In this document: piece after piece, positions 58,501-64,000 of the stretch
How the letters are laid out: each line of letters opens with the position of its first letter
How positions within the stretch are numbered: the stretch's first letter is position 1
IMG/VR virus record: IMGVR_UViG_3300017527_000160
Span: 1-64,000 of that record
Strand: one strand, 5' to 3'
Source: a virus
DNA length: 64,000 bases
The notes under the pieces: generated by a model
The model's database searches: none
Told to the model about the DNA's origin: nothing
What the model saw: the letters and a program-made list of their open reading frames with translations, nothing else
Position numbers and translations under genes: made by a program

Positions 58501-61364
58501 ACAGTACATTCGGTATGGCTCTTGGTACAACACCTACAATCGACGTTGTTGATGCTGAAGGTAATAGTAGAGTAGTTCCTGCGCCACAGATGGCTCAGTT
58601 CAAATCTAAAGGTAGAGTTTTATCACGTCACTTCCAAGGTGTTACTGATGGTACTCAGAGAACCATAAATGAACTTGGTAGAGAAAGGCAAGCGAATGCT
58701 AATGATTATAAAGGTAGAACTAAATTTGATAAAGAAGAGTTAAAGAAAGCTGCTAAAAGTAAAATGGGTGCTCGTGAAATCACTGAATTCGATAAGGATG
58801 TGTTTGTTCACTTCCTTGAGATAGAGAACATGAGTAAAGCTGTTAAGGATATGAAGATGAGAACTAATGTGGATACATCGAAAGATGCTACATTGTTCGA
58901 GGCTCAGGATAGAATTACTATGATTGAACAGATCAAGAGAGACGGTAAGTTCCCTGCAGAGATGGTTGATAAGATCCGAGTGGATTCACCTATCGCTAGT
59001 TTCTTTATACAAGACTTCCAAATCGATTTACTTGGCGATGCGTTTCCACTAAGGAACCATGAGGTAATTAACAACTTCATCCAAGGTGTTGAGTTCGACG
59101 ATTGGAAAAACACTTATGGTCTAAAAGATAAAGCAATCATCAACTGGAAATCAGATATGATAAACTATATCTTCCAGAATGAACTTAAGTATTTTGATGT
59201 CGATAAGATAACTCACTATAAAGGTAGAAGATTAACTTCAAGAACAGCTGCTCAAGCAACTAGTAAGGTTAACTTAGGTACTGAAACAGCTCCTAAAAGT
59301 GGTAATGTAATAATTGATGCAGTTAAAGGTAGAGAACCTCAACCTGGAGCAATAACAGCATTCAGAACTAAAGGTAAAACAGAGCAAAATATGATCGATG
59401 CTCTTAAGGATGATGCTGTTGGAAATCCTTTTGGTCCTTATGGGGCTATAAAAGAAGAGACTGCTGTATCAGTTACTAGATTCTTAGATTGGTTAGAAGG
59501 TAAAGCAGATACAAATGTAATGCAAGATTATAGAAATGCAATTCTTGCTAAACAAAATGAATTAGCTAATAAAGACATTTATTACTATAAAGATTTAAGC
59601 AGACCTTCTCATGCTACAGCTTTAGATTACTTTTTAAATAAATCAACACAACAAACCAGTGATGCCGGAATGGCTGTTGAAGATGTATTCTTAACTAGAC
59701 ATGGTGCGTATGCCAAAGACGGGAAGATGTATATTGATAAAGCTCAGTTAAAAACTGACTTTGCTAATAAAACTTATACGCAAAAGCCTATCACTCAAGA
59801 AGAATATGCTAAAGAAACACACGAAGCTGTATCTCAAGGTGAGACACCTACACACATGCGTCTTACTGCACCAGTATCAAACTTGGCGTTTAGTACAGAG
59901 AATGAGTATATCCAGTTTGTGATGGAAAGAGAATCTTTGAGAGAGGCGAGACCTTTATCTAAGTTACTAAGTTCGGAAAAAGATTGGAGTGAATCAAACT
60001 CAAAGTTTAAAGCAGTTGTTGATCGCTTCATGTATGAGAACAAGATCAAGGTGGGTCAAAGTAAAGACGCACATGCTGAATGGGTTGTGGCTATGGCTTA
60101 TGAAGTTTATCTTAGAGATGTCGCATTGGCTAGAACTAATAACCACTGGCACATGTTCCGTGGTGAAGACACATATGCTCATGAGTTTGCTAGAATCAAA
60201 CGTAACTATCCTGTTTTATCAACGCATTTTTCTTTGATGAATGCTCTTGATTTTAAAGGGAGTATGGGATGGAAAAACCTTGCACTGAATCAAAGTGAAC
60301 TTGATGGTGATCAGACTAATGTGTTACATGAGAACTTACAAGACTTAGCTGACAGCAGTAAACTACAAGAGCTTCTACCAGAGGCTTCTCAAATGGAGAT
60401 CGATGAGATCAAAGAACATTTTGAGAACTTCCATACAGTAGCATTCTTGCAATCAGGTATGAGTCAGGGTAGTCGATTCTCAATGACTCAGTTTGTATCG
60501 CAAGATCAGATGATAAGGTTGATGGAGAAACCTCTACAAAATCTTAACACGTTACTCGCAAGTAACAACCCGCTTAAGCAAGTGTTCTTAGAGGAGTATC
60601 ATCATAGATGGGTGCAGCAGAATTCCGCTGCTAGTAGAAACACAAGAATTCGTGGTAAGAATATGAATAACAATGTTACATTATTAGATAGTAACACGAT
60701 TGGTCAAGGTGTTCAGACTACTGAACCAGCTCAACAAAGAATAACAACTATCGGGGCTCAACCGGCTTTGATCAGTGAGCGAGGTTACTCTGGGTTTAAT
60801 ATCTCACAAACAAATGCTGAGAAGTATTTAGAGAAGTATCCTAATTTTACTTTCGTATATGATTTTGCTATCGATAATCAAATGGGTGCTGCAGGGGCTA
60901 ACAGTAACAGAAACTTTCACGGTAAAGGTCCTAACGCAATAGGTCTCCCTACATTGTTTAAGTATTCACCTGGTAATGATAAAACCGGAACACGACCTGA
61001 TCTCATAAGAGATGTTGACGGGAAGGTGAGTGACAAAGTGAAGGAAGTTATTGATCATGCTATCGATCAGATGGTAGATAATATGAACAGCGGACAGACG
61101 TTGCAATTCGATAGAGAAGGATACGGTCAGTATATGATTGAATCAAAAGACGGTGCTCCTCGTTTAGCACCTCAAACTTTCTTATATTTGTCGAAGCAGT
61201 TGCTTGAAAGAGTTCAGTTCGTTAACCCTGGTTATTTGAAAACTCAATCAGGTAAGGTGGCGACACAAGCAGGTCAAGCGGTCACTGATGCTTCTATCTG
61301 GCAAGAGGTTCAGAATGAAATGAGTGATGATGCAGTGAGAGATTTTATAAAACAATGTCTATAA
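49509..61364 (+). CDS. Virion-packaged double-psi beta-barrel RNA polymerase polyprotein with zincin, KOW and accessory domains
   Basis: RIPVQGLNSM and GADFDVDK (about 57135-57270) catalytic motifs; DAQG and ESGSKVG beta-like motifs; HEAWH zincin at 52524-52538 with downstream EEHLAE. Confidence 0.85.
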   Translation: MKCTIVGANQRDVRVVVAGDIFDLMKAGKPVDVKALSLNMYNAMYDAEQKNNTEALAYARLVPFMVQQLMGVDATILKHVVESKVDLGELANTQIAAQDAETGLKYVEEWLGVRENGLKESLAAAQPKKAKKKPGRQAKLFADEVVKLGDTVQILSGKGKGEVVTVTEDHGDKVRLSNGVLRKKTRVKLKAQTSVPVAAPVKLTIRQKVIRSLELDLKQSDESKFPMSAAARRKVQAQLDQLKAEEAGKAPVKKKDGWSREDIMEDAHNQHQAGVDDWYANKKKQIAEEEAVLSTGSENLETGAPEGDPGVGPTPISVEEVMALPVEEFTRWFITHGLISGNETGLNQRPYIGGRSPADLRAVVNRIKLGKTHKKDGTILKSVADFYADMAEIQKNNDEFPMIKGTGGKNDGRTGSPPLSAIIQSGLDMAKGGPVDEVDEDSKEEVTPKPRNKNYLQGALKSVIDGVVKAFNAHAPSWMTTSGNETGYNVGEVSARIPTAASKAAYAAQRTILRLMEDGNIQDSKDLKVNGRTGVFLTAKFADGRIRMTLTDKNGDAILFDGNDQPALDGNPREYGMRAVDKFFDKEGNVKTTGKRFNEMVDALINAKPHLTRTRAVNILKAEVEHIQAVREYINKDQENNSLEFSISGGSLGYIQVGFSPKELTSVSKLSDKVTMKLSTKADNIGEEGHVYATSDEMEGDWIPIERPGLRDTPFADVVESLLFDENLTDKDGKLLNAVDRAKHIDKYVGTNKESEILFDYDIGTKKVKRLVIGNTVIIDVEKGIRDLEVGKIAYKQLLAKNNKGTSFPTLKMHVNADALARRDFMSVSIADGVVTTEGKNTRVHMAEQGFMIQTPDVASDGMIRKVNAYFTFKLSEKGDQALNGKAVAEEEAKIAEQNTEEIEENEDDAWQKAMDAKMKALQDKNKPLDEDEDDRLFRSLDVKNQNRAATAEQIKEARDWYEKHPLSKHIPFKTMFEQMNKDGVAQWTVEGITLFKGADYSDLYHEAWHGFTQTMLTKQQKTDLYKELGRKVGSFKDYNGRMVSFAAANEKQLEEHLAEEFRSFMLKGKKATTAGPKQLSFFKKILAILKALFNNSHIDQVIMDAKFDSKVSELFEKMRVGNLAGYTFSQANANFGKLNQGITAIPGNEIKEGVESLNYQTSAELNNMMDAYLAEYVTVMNQGLDSAGQARVKKLNTELQDTENLNQAEQKAKRDELDALLNNDAASYKYSSLIVSDPDVLTTGYFYAQGKFQRLKASLSAKVKKETDPVQKASDLKDLKMIEFALDQFGNIDDIYSNQSADGTVAYGLIGYHMQRSKLFQDSRPTQEEIADEQKGPVAKRAFDRAGNESSLKEMASAEILYLLKTLPQVEKNDEGEWVPVTNRFDVNELAPFQTTWNRMVRATENIQDFDQMYDKLQEEAVKFPVLEELLKRMGDPHSSKVNTEHTLWTQLFKTFSKSRVPLIQMTVEQQGRGVNVKWEARVGEAFNADYAIGRQWQSMFTGAEPSEFIKNTIEGNYMDLAAIIKKFPHHSAASANPFEFFHAIGMPLSDNPEIRNELKANLGTYGPGHFHDEIMKLKGAGTRVERLDQITEEVNGRYKDLMKLEARYSDVFSSFMVTNAEGNTQFEHTLNNSMTMMVNAVNNSIDYNDMVSKPHLAHLDINKNPFAKSSLWLKAMFNLDGSPDINSIGKDGKSNHNPNYGERRVTKSGDFVTLRLTNLSGVLAKTMGDETGTGVSSAGADEYSKLIMDLQLSYSGMPELMRHADKGTSFTITIDGPLDIDSQPTDNYVPIGDFAAGGRFREKTVDRLSPHIVAEMSRMRILRGMTNMDGTPKMDVPFDVDYIMNGQQFVAFEDVLSDGTKAALKKIAFSEENIEDAVEAMRETINADLTKYFDKQYEEVNKKFDDAFFLADNIQEDMSRKGITGNKREAAIRSYVHNSWIHNIESIAVIYGDLAQYNHAKEGFHKRNAGGGSTGDIYRYDKTMAKNINDNYYKSSYAAKHANRLGITERRYFGGTMSTAIIEDQEIRSVYMDEYEEAFGEDAYKLGNYAKQNEGDAQGLITFDSYRELKVAEGTWSNEQDALFKKIVNGEKVSSRDVAQFFPVIKAQYWGPLANDTALPVMAFHKYSLFPMTPSVIKGKKMEKLHDKMVKEGIGYVTFESGSKVGTISKTAKVKKNEKTGEIEKVSRGYDKVYTEGEALDPNIMDPKMEDADGNYVEHFTKNDIHLHYLKNQLEIHDERKGNVIFSTQLRKLIEDGLMANGVPSDFMMKESLGGSKVVAERKAEWAKIEAKWDTMSPEAQQKTSKKYGLLKDYEKNINRLTQYAKEKLLEEINWQEIVDPKTGEKSLKGDMKNLLELVRSELVRQDLGQHSIDFIQTNTDGTIKHDLSLSLNVEQIEKLLNAMMVKKLIKQKVNGEGLIQVAATLMEDMAAEQGRDFRNPTEEDLAKWGSKDLPHYRPNQGPNGETTAAKVKVALAGDFRHLLKMTSVQELAKEQRIIDIAKAKGGSWTAAHVALNELIKDEEWLNEGRNREMVSMIGVRIPVQGLNSMEFMEVYEFLPEEAGSVIVPPTEIVTKSGADFDVDKMTVMMPNILSLNGSVELATSDLATKPKETLKEERDALVQKISDIREEHKEARKDKETRFTAEEREILDDTKSRIRDEQRKIKSLKKQWLDTSRQYKSPRVIKRMKALEESIDAAQFKKMSLEETEDMYYNTLPGDRLKHILSEPQAELAIIRRQLASLTDKPIQNDIMNSIRAVLELPDNFKPLVMPNSTELLTGQDNDGLAQEMEPHVVDTNKFDNVHSTKRYQGPKGDRISATRVLEVGYNLEKHMKNAIGKQTLALGAVDNTYNTLFNRIGAYMNPRVHSEAQYDAARRQEKKDKKKLTQKQKDVLKEYSEQRIMLNHNTMDIEGSDAISLSHINDAAGTPISDVVNQLINGWVDIAADAFVFNLQGNKEISPVLLFMVQAGVPIDEAVYFVSNPLVREYVKEQKLANSTFGMALGTTPTIDVVDAEGNSRVVPAPQMAQFKSKGRVLSRHFQGVTDGTQRTINELGRERQANANDYKGRTKFDKEELKKAAKSKMGAREITEFDKDVFVHFLEIENMSKAVKDMKMRTNVDTSKDATLFEAQDRITMIEQIKRDGKFPAEMVDKIRVDSPIASFFIQDFQIDLLGDAFPLRNHEVINNFIQGVEFDDWKNTYGLKDKAIINWKSDMINYIFQNELKYFDVDKITHYKGRRLTSRTAAQATSKVNLGTETAPKSGNVIIDAVKGREPQPGAITAFRTKGKTEQNMIDALKDDAVGNPFGPYGAIKEETAVSVTRFLDWLEGKADTNVMQDYRNAILAKQNELANKDIYYYKDLSRPSHATALDYFLNKSTQQTSDAGMAVEDVFLTRHGAYAKDGKMYIDKAQLKTDFANKTYTQKPITQEEYAKETHEAVSQGETPTHMRLTAPVSNLAFSTENEYIQFVMERESLREARPLSKLLSSEKDWSESNSKFKAVVDRFMYENKIKVGQSKDAHAEWVVAMAYEVYLRDVALARTNNHWHMFRGEDTYAHEFARIKRNYPVLSTHFSLMNALDFKGSMGWKNLALNQSELDGDQTNVLHENLQDLADSSKLQELLPEASQMEIDEIKEHFENFHTVAFLQSGMSQGSRFSMTQFVSQDQMIRLMEKPLQNLNTLLASNNPLKQVFLEEYHHRWVQQNSAASRNTRIRGKNMNNNVTLLDSNTIGQGVQTTEPAQQRITTIGAQPALISERGYSGFNISQTNAEKYLEKYPNFTFVYDFAIDNQMGAAGANSNRNFHGKGPNAIGLPTLFKYSPGNDKTGTRPDLIRDVDGKVSDKVKEVIDHAIDQMVDNMNSGQTLQFDREGYGQYMIESKDGAPRLAPQTFLYLSKQLLERVQFVNPGYLKTQSGKVATQAGQAVTDASIWQEVQNEMSDDAVRDFIKQCL

Positions 61365-61373
61365 TATAACAGT

Positions 61374-64000
61374 ATGTCTAGTTGTCCAAATAAAAGTTTT
61401 AAAACAGATAGTAACCAAGAGAAGAGCGACTGGGCTCTTTTAGAAGAAGGTGTAGGTTACTTTGAAGCAATGCGTGATTACCTTGAAACAGGTGGTGAAA
61501 TCAGAACACCTGAACAGGTTAAAGATAAGCTTGCCATGAGGAAAGAAGTACCAGGATCTGCAATGAGCCCTGAATCAACAATTCCTTCAGGTGAATTCAC
61601 TCTTGCTGATATAGCTAATGATCAACTTAAACAGACTGAGGACTTCGGTATAAACACTGATCAGTTAAAATCTACTAGAGCAATCGAGCTAGCAAACAAA
61701 ATGTCTGCTGCTTTAGGTATCCAGTATGAGTTGGTTACTGCGCAACAGGCGGCACTGATCACACAGAATGCTAAGAACCCATGGAATGGAGAAGGAGCTT
61801 TCTTTGTTGGTGGTAAGGTTTACTTTATCCAAGAGAAGATGACCAGTGACATGGTGTTGCATGAGTTCGCACACCCGCTGGTTCGAGTAATCTCTAAAGA
61901 AAACCCTGCACTATTTGATAAGCTTTATAACGACATAGCTAATACAACAGAGGGACAGGAAGTAATACAAGCAGTGACCGATCACTATAAAGCGCTTGAA
62001 CCTGGTTCAGCATACTTTAAGGAAGAGGTAATTGTAAAAGTACTGGAGAAGCATGGGGCACAAAAACTATCGAAGGAAAAGGTTCAGGGACCGTTTGCAA
62101 AAGCTATTGCTGAATTCCTATTTGCGATTAAACAACTTCTACGTAAGAGGTTCGGTAAGCATATCAAAATTTCTAAACTTTCTACAGACACTTCTTTAGA
62201 TGAGTTAGCTGACATACTTACTGCTGGAGATAAGATCTCTATTGATACTGAGTTGATTTCTGAGGAGGACATCGTAGCGTATAACAAAGAGGCAGAAGCT
62301 GAGGTGAACAATGATTTGAATACTGTTCGTAATCAGGACATCCAAGCTACGGTGAATGATTTCTACGATAAGATCACGGATCATATGCAGGAGTTGATGC
62401 ATAATGAGAACTATGCTGAGTTAGCGGATGTTCTAGTAGACAGCAACCAGGTTAAGATGTACCAAGCAATGAAGGGTAATCTTAAACCTCATCATAAGGC
62501 AATGATGAGTAAAGCTAACGCAACTCTGGAATCTGCTGAGGAGAGTAGAAAAAGGGTGAATGCCTTGACAAATACTTTGTTCCGTTTAGAGGATGTGATG
62601 AAGAAGATGTATGAGCATACTAAAGATATTGCTACTTATCCAGATACACAGGATAACATGCAGAAGGCTTATTACTACAAGAAGTTTACAGATCACTGGC
62701 AAGAGTTCATGACTGACTTGAAAAATACGTTGGAGAATGAAGCCAACGGTGTTGATTCAAGATCGGAGATAGTAGCCCTAGTGAATGCTATAGAATCAGA
62801 TATTAGTAAGACCGGTAAGATAATCGATAAGATGTATGCCGACGGATCAAGAGATGCTTTATACGAACAACTAGTTCCTATGAATAGAGCCATCTCTGAA
62901 AGATATGAAGAGCGTATAGCTAACTTGAGAGAGAAGGGTGCATCTCCAGAACGTATAGATAAAGTATTTACAGAGTATCATGGTGTCAACCAAGCTGACA
63001 AGAAGATCATGGATACTTTAACTGCCAAGTATAAGGCAGGTACTATAACTACTACTGAACAGAATACACTTGATCAACTCGTAGTAAAAGGAAAGAAAGG
63101 ATTATCTATCAGTAAGGATAAGATAGAACTACTACTGAAAGGTAGAATGGGTGATGCTAACTGGTTTAGTTCATACCTAGAAGGATACTTATATAACTCT
63201 GACCCTATTGTGGGTGGTTTGGCTTTGTTTGTTAAGAATGCTACGAACGATGTGATGATAGTAGCGCAACAAAAATACAATGACTTCGCCAATGATATCA
63301 GAGATGACCTTAAGGCTGCGGGATACAATCCAAACCGTGTAGGTAAACTTGGTAAGGACGTGGGTCGTAAAGATAAAATTGCACGTATCAATGAGGAAGG
63401 TATCCTTGAAGAAGCTGAGGTATGGTCTTTCAAACAAGAGTTTGGTAATGGTTTCCGTTATGACCAAGATGCTCTCAAGAAGACAATGCAGTTAGCTGAG
63501 GAAGCTCATGAGACTAACAATACACCTGAGACTAAAGCGGCTTTTATAAAGGCTGAGAAAGAGTATAAGAAATTTGAGCGTGACTATATGCATCAACAAT
63601 TCACTGATGCATACTATGCTCGTGAGGAGCTGTTTGAAGATGACCCGGTCGGGGAAGCTGCTGGTTTCGCTAGGAGAGAAATACTAGATGATATGCAAGA
63701 GCTTACCTCTCACGCTAAGACTCAGTCTGACCACCTAGAGATTGCCGATGAGCTTGATGCTATATGGCGTAAGTATCGTTTACTGCATAGTAACTATGAC
63801 CACAACGGTAAGCTCAAGACTGGTGATGATTTGGAAATAGCTAAGAGACTTCGTACTTATAGACAAGAGTCACAAGAGCTGCACGAGTATACTGTAAGAA
63901 AGGGTGCGTTCGAGAATGCATACTTTAACTTTCAACAGGAACTTAGAAATCAAAACATAGAAGAGAATACTACCGATCCTGAGTCTGAGTGGAACAAGAA
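61374..64000 (+). CDS. Giant cargo protein with zincin HExxH, 3' partial (not in ORF track)
   Basis: ATG 61374 (MSSCPNKSF...); I translated it with no stop to the window end; VLHEFAHP, with HEFAH at 61860-61874. Confidence 0.9.
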   Translation, partial: MSSCPNKSFKTDSNQEKSDWALLEEGVGYFEAMRDYLETGGEIRTPEQVKDKLAMRKEVPGSAMSPESTIPSGEFTLADIANDQLKQTEDFGINTDQLKSTRAIELANKMSAALGIQYELVTAQQAALITQNAKNPWNGEGAFFVGGKVYFIQEKMTSDMVLHEFAHPLVRVISKENPALFDKLYNDIANTTEGQEVIQAVTDHYKALEPGSAYFKEEVIVKVLEKHGAQKLSKEKVQGPFAKAIAEFLFAIKQLLRKRFGKHIKISKLSTDTSLDELADILTAGDKISIDTELISEEDIVAYNKEAEAEVNNDLNTVRNQDIQATVNDFYDKITDHMQELMHNENYAELADVLVDSNQVKMYQAMKGNLKPHHKAMMSKANATLESAEESRKRVNALTNTLFRLEDVMKKMYEHTKDIATYPDTQDNMQKAYYYKKFTDHWQEFMTDLKNTLENEANGVDSRSEIVALVNAIESDISKTGKIIDKMYADGSRDALYEQLVPMNRAISERYEERIANLREKGASPERIDKVFTEYHGVNQADKKIMDTLTAKYKAGTITTTEQNTLDQLVVKGKKGLSISKDKIELLLKGRMGDANWFSSYLEGYLYNSDPIVGGLALFVKNATNDVMIVAQQKYNDFANDIRDDLKAAGYNPNRVGKLGKDVGRKDKIARINEEGILEEAEVWSFKQEFGNGFRYDQDALKKTMQLAEEAHETNNTPETKAAFIKAEKEYKKFERDYMHQQFTDAYYAREELFEDDPVGEAAGFARREILDDMQELTSHAKTQSDHLEIADELDAIWRKYRLLHSNYDHNGKLKTGDDLEIAKRLRTYRQESQELHEYTVRKGAFENAYFNFQQELRNQNIEENTTDPESEWNK

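Larger units (their letters stand above)
1..64000 (+). mobile_element. Segment of a crAss-like (Crassvirales-related) bacteriophage genome: lysis, packaging, head, tail and cargo/virion-RNAP genes
   Basis: All real genes are on the + strand, often abutting or overlapping at stop/start. The order TerL-portal-scaffold-MCP, then IHF-like, tail tubular, stabilization protein and giant proteins with a DFDxD RNAP motif matches crAss-like synteny. No host housekeeping genes. Confidence 0.92.

Noticed and set aside
976-63467. Many minus-strand and alternate-frame ORFs in the track (e.g. 37672-38433, 56981-57514, 11267-11776)
   Set aside because: They lie wholly or almost wholly opposite or inside long + strand genes, have shadow-frame composition and show no motifs.
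1-64000. Stop-codon reassignment (known in some crAss-like phages)
   Set aside because: Giant ORFs are intact in the standard code; TAG and TGA end genes directly before new starts or intergenic signals.
1-64000. tRNA or rRNA genes
   Set aside because: Intergenic gaps are short and accounted for; no cloverleaf or T-loop signature seen.

Overview
The window is one co-directional (+ strand), densely coded structural operon of a large crAss-like (Crassvirales-related) tailed phage, probably infecting a Bacteroidota host, in the standard genetic code. Gene order: lysis genes (holin-like, amidase endolysin), small DNA-binding proteins and a PD-(D/E)XK nuclease, terminase, portal, scaffold-like protein, major capsid protein, a very Cys-rich tail/fibre block, an IHF-like protein, tail ring and stabilization proteins, then internal cargo proteins. 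The cargo set includes a 3951-aa virion RNA polymerase-like protein (GADFDVDK) and a further giant ORF from 61374 that runs off the window and is missing from the ORF track. Four observations stand out. (1) The three giant cargo proteins have cysteine only at the termini that face each other, suggesting a head-to-tail disulfide chain. (2) A structured intergenic RNA at about 25331-25421 is complementary to a two-part motif in several phage 5' leaders. (3) Recurrent di-glycine motifs are shared by the small cargo proteins. (4) A PEBP + PA14-like Cys-rich virion protein has a possible +1 frameshift extension. All functional calls come from motifs and synteny read by eye; no database search was run.
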